A DNA stretch of 64,000 nucleotides, from NCBI GenBank assembly GCA_020891255.1, contig BQFW01000012.1, positions 1,364,001 through 1,428,000 on the forward strand. Reading direction: 5' to 3'. The translations under genes and the position numbers were made by a program. Below are positions 1 to 12,037 of this stretch, in pieces (positions within the stretch are counted from its first letter, which is position 1; every line of letters starts with the position of its first letter). A model generated the notes under the pieces. That model ran no database searches. It saw only the letters and a program-made list of their open reading frames with translations, and had not been told where the DNA came from. The DNA is from Entomortierella parvispora E1425 (lineage: Eukaryota; Fungi; Mortierellomycota).

Positions 1-310
1 ACATACGTTCTGACGGAAGGTATGAAGGTTGAGAGGGACAAGAGGGGAAGCGGTGAATGAGAGAAAGAGGGTTCAGCGTGTTGTAGGCAATGAATGAACA
101 AGAGCGAGTCGAGAGCGTCCAGGGAGTCAAGAGGAGGGAGGAGGAGGAGGAGGAGGAGGAGGAAGGAGAAAGAAAGAGAGTGATCAAGAAAGTGAAGACT
201 AGGGGCGGAAAAAGAAACTTGAGAAAGCAAAGCAGAGAGAGAGAGAGAGAGAGAGAGAGAAGGGAAAAGGGGCGGACGAATGAATGAATGAACGAATGAA
301 ATGAAAATGA

Positions 311-356
<46 letters not shown>

Positions 357-400
357 CCGACAGCCTGGGATGGAGAGAGAGACACACTGATAAAAATATG
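1..400 (-). other. Probable 5' leader/first non-coding exon of a minus-strand gene that leaves the window
   Basis: Minus strand is a long CT-rich, microsatellite-rich tract ending in GTATGT (positions 6 to 1), a canonical fungal splice donor. No coding sequence visible. Confidence 0.3.
236..356. repeat. Microsatellites (AG)n at ~236-259 and (AGAC)11 at ~313-356
   Basis: Read directly from the sequence. Confidence 0.9.
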
Positions 401-846
401 GTTCGTTCATTTGTCAGGATGTGGGATGTGTGCTGTCTGGTGTGTTTGTGTGCCTGTGTGTCGGTGTGTGTCTGTGTGTCTGAATGAATGAATGAATGAA
501 AGAATAGAGCGATGCTCCTTCCTCCCTTCCTCCTCCCCTCCCTCCGTGATGTTGAGGGCTATTCTTATTGTTCTACCTCTCATTCCTGTCCTTGGCTCCC
601 ATCAGGCCATCACCACATCCACTTTCCACATCCTGTCCACCTGTCCACCTGTCCGCCTGTCCACCTCCCCTGGCAGCAAAAGGAGATCAAAGCAGAAGCA
701 AAGCAATTTACACCACCAAAAACAGACTCTCGTGAACTGATGTCATGGTGCTCTTTTCCTTCTGTTCTTGAAAAAGAAAAAGAACACAAAGACGCCCTCT
801 CTCCCAATGAGTGAGGCGCCCTTCTCTCTCCCCTTTGTGCTCTCTT

Positions 847-898
<52 letters not shown>

Positions 899-1599
899 AG
901 CAACGAAATCTTCCCTCCGCCTCGTGCCCCCTGATTGGCCACGATCCCATCCAGTCGCGACGACGCGATCGCCCCTCCTTCGATCCCAGCAAGCACCCGT
1001 TCGATTTCGTCGATTCCGACCGCCCGTCCCTGCCCTATAGCGCTGCAGCAGATCCCAAAAAATAGACGGATCCGAAACCTGCTCCACCCACGCCTGTGAT
1101 CTTGCTGAGACATGGAACCACCACATCCGGCCAGCCTGCGGTGCACTGCCCAGGGTCCTGTTTGCTGTTTGGTGTGGGGGCTCCCTCCCTCCCTCTGCAT
1201 CTCTGCAACTTCAAGTGGCCGGGATGACCACGCGCACCGACCGGTCCGAAAATGGATGCTCAGTCAAGCAAGTCAACATGATTATGAACCTACCAGAAAC
1301 CCTTTGAGAAAAGAAACTCTGTGTACTACCTGATAAGACGAGTCAAAGTCAAAGGACGACACCGTCTCCTCCTTGAAGCAGTTGTTAGGCGATCGTCTAT
1401 TTTCAATAGAGCCAGAGAGCCAGGGTGACTCTCTTACGCGGCTTTACCACAGAGAATGATTTATTTGGCAAGGCTCCAAAGGGGGGGGGGGGTAAAAAAA
1501 ATACTCTCTTGGTGCTCTGGGGCTTTGTATTGTTTTTGACATGCAGGTATTGAATAAATGAGTGGAGTGGTTTGGATTGTCCTTTTAGTTTCCAAGGAC

Positions 1600-1851
1600 C
1601 TAGAGTTTCGACCGTGCAGCCGGCTTGTGGCCTGAGCGGTATTGCAAGTTGGGCTCCATGGATTGGAAGAGATCCTGAGAGTGGGCTTCAGCAGCGTTAT
1701 TCTGTGTGTAGACTTGAAGATCGACAAGCTTTTGGTGAGGGTTTAGCGTCTGTGAAGGCTGCTGATGTTCCTGCTGAGAGGGTTGCGATGTAGTGGTATC
1801 CAGGACGCCATTTGAGGCGAGATCAGAAAGGATAAAGTCAGACTTGGACAT
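1600..1851 (-). CDS. Possible small Gln/Ser-rich hypothetical protein or exon (MSKSDFILSDLASNG...), perhaps spliced to exons near 1.0-1.37 kb
   Basis: 83 codons from ATG 1851 with coding-like composition. A GT/AG-bounded 42-nt segment (EETVSSFDFDSSYQ) lies near 1330-1372. No recognisable domain. Confidence 0.25.
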   Translation of the reverse strand: MSKSDFILSDLASNGVLDTTTSQPSQQEHQQPSQTLNPHQKLVDLQVYTQNNAAEAHSQDLFQSMEPNLQYRSGHKPAARSKL

Positions 1852-2708
1852 GGTAAGGCGTGAGTTCGATTCGAGAGGGTGAGAGACGGAGGTCTTGGCA
1901 AGAGTGAAGAGCGAAAGAAAGAAGAAAAGGAAAGGAATAGAAAAGTGGGGGGGAGTATAGCTTTGCTGAAGAGGATGCTTTCCCCAACAATGAACAATGG
2001 CTGCAATGATAGCCGACGGCTGCACCACCAACAACAAACAAGCCGTCTTCCCCACCAATCCGTTCAGGCCAGGGAGACAAGCAGCAGGGAGGCGAATGGT
2101 CGGTGCTTGTTTGTCTCGGACACAAAGCACCGTGTTCGCAGTGTACAGCGACCCAACAAAATGGCAGCCCCGAAAGGAAGGATGCTTCACCCTTCCCACG
2201 ACAGAGATGAACAAGACCCCCGTGTTGTGATGAACAGGAACAGGAGCGAGAACAGCGACAGAGACGCCACGCCACGTTGTCCCTTCTCCCATGGAACGAA
2301 AGAACGCGTCTGTCTGTCTCTTGTCCACCGTCCTCCCGACCACAGTCCCACCCTGTCACGTACGTGGCACTCCAAAAGCTACGTGTCACAAAAGACAAGA
2401 AAGGGGCGCGCGCGCTCTCACTCTTTGGCTTGTGGGTTTAGAGTTCTCTCATTCTTCCTTGCTTCCATCTGTTCATCTTCACCTCGTCCATCTCTCCATC
2501 TTCATCCTACTATTCCTTCCCTCCCCCTCCCTCCCTCCTTCCCTCCCTCCCTCTTTCGCTCTCGTGTGCCAGGATGCAACCAGAGACCGACTGTACTTCA
2601 TTCCGAGTCTGATTTCTTCTCTTTCTACTGCCTCCCCTTTACCCCCTTTCTCTACTAGCACACAGTCTTCCTTCTACCCCCCCTTCATCCTTCATTTTTA
2701 ACACAAAA

Positions 2709-5700
2709 ATGCTGCCCACCGAGGACGAGCATCGGCGCGATCATCTCGACCAGGAAAGCGACGGCACCTCTGATTCGAACGACGAGTTTGCAAGTGCATC
2801 CGAGGGCGATGATGACCTGCCCTGGGAGCCTGTCGTGATTCGTAGTCCTGTCATTCCCAGGTCCAGTCCTTTGTTGACCACGCATCAGCAGCCAGTCGCT
2901 GCACCAGACCGTGACACTCCAACCCCTACGCCGTCGTCGACCCAGGTCAGGCACCAGCACCAGCACCACCAACACACACACCGGCACCATGAACAGCGCG
3001 AGGAGGAGCACCATTACCAAGTCCAGGAACACTCCCAGCTGCAACAACAACCTCGACAGCAGTATGTACATCAGGCTTCGAGTCCAATGCATACACAACA
3101 GCTCCATGGGAACCAATACCAGAATCCACAACAGCATCAGTCTGTTTCTGGGTCACAAGAACAGTGGGGCAGACATGAACCCAGTGTCAGTGATGTGCAG
3201 CACCAGCACCAGCACCAGCACCAGCACCAGCACTCTCAATCGCGACAAGAATTGCACATTCGTTCGCACCAAAGCCAGTTCTCTTCGTCATCGTCGACAT
3301 CTGGCCAGACACAGATCAATCCTAGTAACCCCATCTCTCGGGCCCCGCCAAAGTTGCGTGAGCGTATGCGCCATAGCCCTGTCCCACACTCTAGGATCGT
3401 AAAGGCGTACCTCGACCCCCATGCAGCGACGGCAGTGCAACAGCAACACCAGCTGACGCCAGAGACGATTCGTCAAGCCTGGCTGCAGGATCAGCAGGAT
3501 ACGTCTTCTCAAGAAAGCAGTGAAGATGAAGTGGACCACAGCCGAGTGAATATGCGCCAGCAACCCGGATCTTCCCAGTCTGCTCATCCTGCCCAGCCTC
3601 CGATGCAGTCGCAGAAAACCCCAGTTCAAGCAGGTAGTGCTCTTGTGTAGAGATATTACTCATGTATTGATGATGAATGGCCTGCAAGGCACTTGCTGAT
3701 CTGATAACTATATGTTGTTGTATAGTACACCCCACTGCTCTGGGACCATCCTCGCATCAGATCCAACATCAACAAACACGACAGGACACAGCGCCTCCAA
3801 GGACTAGGCCATTTTCACCTCCACCGTCAGAAACCTCCAGAGCTTCTTCTGAGGCTCCCGTTATTCAGTCCATTGCTCAGCCTCAGCAGCCTCTTGCTGC
3901 CATCCACCATGAGGCCTCTGACACTGAAGAAGTTGCGTCGGGCTGGGGCTTTGATGACGAACTTGATATCTCTCCCTTTGACCAGACACTGGACCATTAT
4001 CAGGAACAGCAGCAGACAACTACTTTGCCTGCCGCCCACATGTCTGAGGCTCAGGAACCCATTGCACTCGAGTTTGCCACCGGTAACGTCCAGCAAGAGG
4101 TGCAATCGTTCGATCCCGAGCCATTGCCCTCAGTTGACATGGATGAATCATGGGGCTTTGACGAGAATATCGTCATTGAAGAACCTATCTACGACGACTT
4201 TTCCAGCTCTAGTGTCGAGACACATTTACAACACCAAGAAAGTAGTGACTATCGCCCCACGCACGCGGTTCATGAGGATGCAACAACATCAGCAGCGGAT
4301 GCATGGGACTATGATGATCAGCATCTGGAAATTACAGAGCCTCTACAGCCCATGGACAAGACCCCATCGTTCTCAGAGCCCCTGCCTCACCAGGCTCAAC
4401 CTGAGGCAGAGAACCATCCTCATATTGACACCGTTCACGAAGATAATGAAGAAGAGGATGCCTGGGGACATGATGAACCTCTGGTAATTGAAGAGCCTCT
4501 GCAACCCATGGAAACGACCCCATCGTCCTCAGAGCCCCTGCCCCAGCAGGTTCAACCTGAGGTAGAGGACTATCCTCATATCCACACTGTTCACGAAGAT
4601 AACGATGCAGAGGATGCCTGGGGACATGACGCCGATCTGGATATCGATATCGAAGGGGCCCCAGCTGATTACGAGACCTTTAACCTTGGAACTCCTGACA
4701 CGACTCAGGCAGCAGTGGAGAACCCATCTTGGGGGTATGATAACGCAATGACAAGCGACGCATTGTCTGCAATCCCCTCCGGCCATGGAGTTGACGAAAC
4801 TACAGTTTCTCAAGTGGATGTTCATCCGACATCAGAGTCGGCAGTGGAGGTGTCTTCCTGGGGATTTGATAGCATAGCAGCAAACGAAATATCGACCGAA
4901 ATCTCAACCAGTCACACGATTGATACGACTACCTCTTTTCAGGAACAGGCTTATCACCATGAGGATGTGATGCCTTCAACCAACGACTTGGAAGCAGAAG
5001 GCCTCATGGAGAGCTCGCATGACGACTCCATTGCTGACGTTAGAGAAAGCGATACCAGGCCAGAGGAGACACTGATCTCTGGTGATCAGGTACCGACTGT
5101 GCCGGAAGAAGCAATCTCGCAGGAAGAAGCCCACATCCACGACGCAATCATTGACCTCGGTGGCTTTGAACAGGATGTCGCCGCAGAAGACGGTTGGGGA
5201 TATGACGACGTTGTTGTGCAGGATGTTCAGCCCGTCTTTGTGGAGGAGCGTCAGCACCAGCATTTGCAGGAAACCGAGCTGTCGGAAGTTCAGCCTGAGA
5301 CAGAAAGTTATATTGAGCATGGTAAGTCATTGTCTCAGCGCAGCTATCTTGAACCGTCAACATGCAGAGTTTGCGCTTATATCTAACTCTGAGCCGTCAT
5401 TTGTGATGTAGTAAAAAACATTTCACACAGGATGGAGCAGGCAACATTGACAGAGTTACACGAGTCGGACTATCCCTCTGCCACCGAGAGCGATAATGAG
5501 CACGATTCTGAAGTTCAAAAGGTGAGTCATTGGGCCATGTACATGAGGCCAACCTTTTGACGCGTCAATGGTATATCCGCATGATCACTGACTTTGGGTT
5601 TTGCTAGGTTCTTGGAGTTTCTACCAACGAGACCCTCAGTGAACAAGAAGATAACACCCTCTCCGTGGCGATGTCTGGAACTCTGCTGTCTGCAAGCACT

Positions 5701-8700
5701 GTCGACCAACAGATCTCCACCCATCCGACTGTTCGTGATAATGACATGATTGAGGATCTGCAGCAAGACCTTACAGACCTCAGGCCATTGCTCATGCGAG
5801 ACCATCTCCCAGTGTTTATTGACGGATCTTCTCGTGATACGCCGCTTGATCAGTCCGAGGTCGAATCTTTGGCGGACAGCACAGGCTCACACCAAAACCA
5901 GCAACACGGAGAATTCGACTCTGAAGGCAGCGATATATACGGCGATCTTTCGACTGCTCGCTCGGACATGAAAACTTCGTCAAACCGACTGAATGAGATT
6001 CTGGATGACGATGACTACCTGGAGCATATGGAGCGAGGTGTCCCCATGAACCGATCGATCAGTACGCCTTACAGCGATGAAGAGATCCCCAAGTTCATAG
6101 TTGAGGATGACCTTGCAGAGTTGATGGAGCGCGGGGAGCCTCGACCTGTGGACGGAGTTCTCAGGCTGGAGTCGGCTGGTTCGGCTTCGGAATCTGAGGC
6201 AGAGAGCTTGGAAGACAGCCGAGCAAGAGTCTTGTTCGAAGAACCCTCCACGTCACTAGACCATAGAACTTCGTCCGTGTTGGACGATGCTGCCGCAAGT
6301 CAACAGGAAATGTCAGTCCCTGAAGAGGTAATAGCTTGCAGTTATAATTATGGTGAAGTTGATTGCACATCCTTGAGAGAGATCTAGTAAGCTCATTGTA
6401 ACATTTTCATAGGCAATCATTGCTGTAGAGTCAGGGGAGGACAGTGCAAAAGTTGAAGATGCCTCTATTGAAGTTGGCGACGATCACGATCCCAATAATC
6501 CGTTTAGTGATGCAGCCGCCCTTGATGACCAACGTGACCTTGTTGTTCCAGAAAAGGAGGAGGAGGAGCCGATTACTGAATCCCTCCCCATTGCAGTTGA
6601 CCACCAGGATGAGGCTAGTCCGGTTCTAGAGGAAGATGCCTGGGCGGCTCAAGATGAGATTAAGGTCACGGTGGAGCCGATAGAAACATCCCTGAATACC
6701 GCTGCTGACGCGTTTGTTCCCGAGACTTCACAGACGTTTGGTAACTCTAACAATCCTGCCGAGGAAGACACCGAAGTCCGTCCTATCTTGTCATCTACAT
6801 CCACTACAAGCCTGAAGGTCGGCGCCATTATCCATCATGCTCCAGTGGACCAGCAGGAGGAAATTACAGAAAACGCATGGGGCTGGGATGAGGATGAAGT
6901 CGGCGTGCATTTGGAGATTCAGAAGGAAACGCCTCCATCCATTCATGGCGAATCTTTGACTTCGCCTGACTCTAATTCAACAGAGCAGGCGTCACCTCAG
7001 ACTGGTGCTTTGACGACTGCGGATCCCGTGGATCTTCTTTTTAAACAATTGGAGGGTCAATCCGCGACTGCATTCCAGCAAACGTCTATAATCAACTCAT
7101 CTCTGGTTGGTGCGTCCACGGCAACGACCTTTGACGTGGACGAATTCTTTAAGGAGTTTACAGATCCTCTTCCTGCTGCCGCTCCTGCACCATTTGAGCA
7201 CACCCGTGAGGAGTCCGTCTCAGAGCCTTTGTCACAGCCATCTGAGAAATTGAGCACGCAACAGAGCCAACCCCATGATGCGCCAAAGCGGACCTCTGGT
7301 GTTTCATTCGAAGCCACGATTGAGGGGGACGAGGGTGCAGATGATGCGTGGGGTATGGACGCACCATGGTCAGACTTCAAGGAGCAGTCGCAAGAAACTG
7401 CAGCAGAGGTAGTTTCTGCGGATGTCACTTCTTCCGCTCAAATGGACACGCCCTTTTCACTATCAGCGCCTATTGCTCAGGAGGAACGTATCGCCCTTGA
7501 AGAATCCGACCTTATGAACGATAACCAGAACCTGCATGAACACACCATCGCCCAGGTCAACCTGGAAGAGCAGGACTTTGTGTTGCAACAACCCCAACAC
7601 ACTCTCGTGAGCCACTCCGCTTTCGAAACGGAGCAAGTTTCGTCCTCCATAGTCGAGACAAAAGTGGCAGACTTTGCTGTCGATCCTTGGGATGTCGAGG
7701 AGCCTGTTGCCCACAAGACTTCCGCACCAGAACCACAACAGGTCAAGGAGACTTTCCTGGAAGAAAAGATCTCGGAATCGGACCTTGGCGAGGTGGACGC
7801 TTGGGATGAGCAAATCGACATTGGTGTCCACAGTGATGTTTTGGAACGGACTACAGAGGTTACTGCAGAAGTGACTACAAAGGAACACAATGACGAACCA
7901 GTCCTCGAGGAATCCTTGAACCTTGATTTGCAACCAAAGGATGAACATGATATCTCAGTACAAGCAGACCCTTGGGATGACCCTATTGAGGACATTATCG
8001 AAAGCACAGGGGGCATGGAGCAGGATACAGAGACAGACCCCTGGGACGAACCCATTAATGTCATGTCCACAGTCCACGAGGCAGAAGATATCTTGGAAGA
8101 CGCCAAGCCTGAGCCAGCGGATCCCACCCTGAGTTCTGCCACAATCAACCATCCAGATGTGAAGCCCGATGAAAAGGAGATAGCTTGGAGACTCGATGAT
8201 GGCACTTCTCAGCATCACTACGAGGAGGTTGTAGAGAGCGAGACGTTTGCCCCGACAGAGGTGGACTCGACCACAGCAATCATGTCCCCTCATGACCGCC
8301 TCTTTTCGGACGACATTCACCACCTTCCACCCTCCCTTGCAAGCGCTGCCCAGCTTTCTCCCAAGGCAACGCCTGCTTCACCAAGTGCTCAGTTTGCGCC
8401 GCCTTCACCCGTGTTTGAAGTCAGTGAAGCTGTTCATAAACACCATGAGCACCATGAGCACCATGCTCAAGACAACGACGAGCAGGATGCTTGGGGCGAT
8501 GATGACCAGGTGTTGCAAGATCTTCTGCCTCAACAATCTGAACAAGGGGGCGACAATATGGAGGCCCATCACACAGTGGAAGAGCGAGAAGCCGTGGTGG
8601 ACGACTCCCCAGCCCAGGTTGAAGAGATGCCCCTGGAGGAGCTGCCGCAAGTTGACACTGAGGCGCTTGATAACAGCTGGGGTTTCGACATGGACGACGA

Positions 8701-11700
8701 AGATCATGCCGATGCCCCTTCAGAGCCCAACCACCCAACTGCGGTCACTCTTCCGGTTGTGACTTCTACACTTTTGGATGCAGGCCACAGGACTCCATCA
8801 CCTACTGCGGCAGGAGGTCTTTCTCCTCTGACCATTCGTAAGAACAGTCTTTTGGTCGCGCCTAGTGGCAGCGGAGGGGATAGCAGTGAGAGCAACGACG
8901 ACAATGCAAGTCAAAGCCCTTGGCAGGATATTTCCCCAGCATCCGTTTCCAAGAGAAGCGAGGCAGGAATGAGCGTTGGGTCCGAGTTTGAGTCTGAGTA
9001 CTCTGTCCGATCTCTGGATGATGACGAGAGACATATCCACGGTGCAGCACCCGAGTCGGATCATGAAGCTCGGCGCCATCGCCGATTAGGATCTATTAGT
9101 GAAGACGACCACAAAAAGGATGGCATGGTCAGCGCCATGTCGTGGACTGACCTGAACCATGATGATGACTGGCAGGATAACACCGCTACCCTCGACAGTG
9201 TCACTGGGGGAGAGACACATTTCAAAGAACATGCTCATCACACTAAAGATACATCCTTGGAATCGTCATCGTCTAAGGGTGTTGAGTCTAGTAGCCAGAG
9301 TGCTGGCGAGTTGGTTGATCTTCCCGACATCAGTGGAGTGGATAGCTGGGATTTTGACCATGACGAGGAGGATGATGTTGAGGTTACCAAAACAACATCC
9401 GCCTTCATGGACCAGACACCCACCACGGCTAGGTCCTCGATGTTTTCCCGGGATAATCTCAAGACACCGGACATGAGCAGAGACATCACTGGCACAGGCG
9501 GACTTCAGCGCGATACGTCCTTTACTGGCAGCAGCTTTGCCTCTGTATCGCCTGGAGGTCGCACAACCCTGTCCTCGTATCAGTCTAGTTTGGCAGGCTC
9601 TGTTCCTCCTTCACCCGGCAACACCATCCACCAGTCAACAACGACGACTGCTGCAGGATCTAATACTGATCAAGCAGAAGTTGAGGACGACTCACATTTG
9701 CCTTTGGCGATCCGTCAACAACGGGCTCGACTTGCTGCCAAGGGTAAACCATTGCCCCCGATCTCAAAGTACAAGAGTACAAAGACAGAATCTTCTTCCT
9801 CTTCTTCGTTCACTACTACCAGCCGTACTGTCAACTCGCCTTCTCCGAGACTTGCTTCTGCGACGACGTCTCCAGTCATTTCTTTCTCGAGCCCAATTGC
9901 CAGTAGCACCACTACTGCTTCTGGAGCAGGCAGCATTCTGCCAGTTCCAGACCAGAAGGTGCTGTCCCCTGCACTTCAAAAACAGAAGGAGAGGCTAGAG
10001 CAGAAGCGCGCTGCGGCCGCTGCGGCTGCTGCAGCCAAGAAGTTGGTGGCTGTTGACGCTACAATGTCTACAACGACTGCCTCCTTGACCAGTCCTAAAC
10101 TGGCAGCTTCTGCTCTTTCAACAAGCACTTCAGGATCGAACCTCAGGTCGTCACTGCCCCCACTCGCCAATGACACGTCCAAGACACCCTCACAACCAGC
10201 TGGAGCCTCATTGGCAAGTATTCTGTCCCCTGTGAGTGATCTCAACCAGGCCTCGTCTCGTCGCCGAGGATCTGGAGCCATTCCAAGCACATCTCCTACT
10301 GGTATTCCTGGCAACAACACAGACAACAGCGGCAGCTTTGGCGGCAAGATCAAGGCAGCAACGCCCTCGTCGCCTCTGTCGGAAGGATTCGTGAGGCGAA
10401 GCAAGGACGGTCATCGACCGACAGGTCTTTGGTCTCAGGAGCATGAGGATGAGCAGGATTCATGGGATCAAGGAGTGGTGCACACGAGTCAGAGCGATGT
10501 TTTCAGACATGGTGTCTCCCACAAGAAGGGTTCTCGAATGTCGACCTCTTCTTCTGGCTGGGATCATACTTTGGACGAGGAGGATTTGAAGGAGCGACAA
10601 AAGCAGGAGGATCAGCCTCTGTCTGGATCTGCAAAGAGTCCATCGAGTGCCACAGTCTCGAAACCTTCGCTGTTGTTCTCTCCCAAGACACCTGTATCCT
10701 CCTCCACCCCTTCATCCTCTTCCTTCTATCAGCAAACAGTCCCTGGCCTGGATGAAGTAGACGATGAAAAGAAGGAGAGCGAAGAGATCAGATCGACCGT
10801 GTATTTGAAGACCAGCAGTGACGAAAAGGAATCAAAGTCCTTGGACACTGAGGCCTATGATCCCTATGGACCCGCAGCCTCCCGCCCACAGCCCCCTCCC
10901 TTGAAGACCCACAGCAGGACCCAGAAGGCCAAGAGCTCGTTCGAGGAAGACCGCAACGAATCATCCACTGAATTTAGCTCCCATCGTGAGGTTCTGATGG
11001 ATTCGTCCATTTCGTCTCCCAGCGGCGTGTCTCTCATGTCGCCGACCTTGGGCGGAAGCTTTAGTATGAGCCATCGCCACGACTCTCATCGTGGACATGC
11101 CAGCGGTAGTCATAGTCACCTCCACCACCACAGCACTGGCGGGGCCTCGGGAGGCGGAAGTCTTGTGGGCGATATTAGCAGCCTCCTCAAGGAAAAGAAG
11201 AGCCCAGCTTCTGGATCAGACAACAGCAGCCAACACTTTAATGATAATGACTACAAGGGCAAGTCTGGCAGCTCCCTGACGGCATCCACTTCCTCCCACG
11301 CCCCTACGACCTCCTCGACCACCGCTCCTAGTCGACCTGCACCCAAAGCGGGCGGCGGCGGTTGGTCTTTTGGATCCCTTCTCAGCTCTGCTGTGGCGGT
11401 GGCGACAGAGACGATCGATAAGGCCTATGAGAGTTTGGACCCCGAGTACAGTCGAATGAAGACCCGAGGCGGTGGCTCGACCACCTTCTCGGACGACGGC
11501 ACCGACATGGATCCCATGGCCCACGAGAGTCAGAGCCCCTTCAAGAAACCCGGTTATGTCGTCGGCGGAAGCTCCTTGGCTTTGGGCCTGGCCTCTATCA
11601 CGACCACGAAATCATCCCCCTCGACGCCAGCCCCACCCCCTTCGGTCCCCGCACCAGCGTCCTTTGCGTCCAAGCAGGAGCCAGGACGGTCCAAACCTTC

Positions 11701-11842
11701 CTTTGACTCGTTCTCACGACCTTGGGATTCGGATCTGGAATCATCCGAGCCGCAGCACCCGCCACAACATCATAACATCTCGACCTCCAGTGCCTCTTTG
11801 TCACCTCGGATGACTCGCAAGCATGTTGATAGAAGAGATTAA
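2709..11842 (+). CDS. Giant (~2,926 aa) acidic, predicted-disordered protein with ~25 acidic Trp motifs
   Basis: Five exons join in frame: 2709-3633, 3726-5321, 5412-5521, 5608-6327, 6413-11842, with GT/AG introns of compatible phase. They link the 313, 569, 240 and 1723 aa ORFs of the track. Confidence 0.85.
4337..4629 (+). repeat. Intragenic tandem duplication, 156-bp (52-codon) period, two copies
   Basis: gagcctctacagcccatgg...gatgcctggggacatga from 4337 recurs as gagcctctgcaacccatgg...gatgcctggggacatga from 4493. Each copy carries a DAWGHD motif. Confidence 0.9.
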
Positions 11843-12037
11843 AGACTCTCCCTCCAATTCTGTAGACAAAGTAAAGCCCCAGTTCCATGTTTTGGTTGAT
11901 TTCTCTGGTGAAAGTGGGTAGAGTGAGGGTGGATGTTTTTTTATTGGGGGATATGCAAAAAAAAAATGAGCTGTCCGGCAGCGTTTGGATGCGTCTAAGC
12001 TGTGCCAAAAAAGAAGGGGAATATCTTTTTTTTTTTT

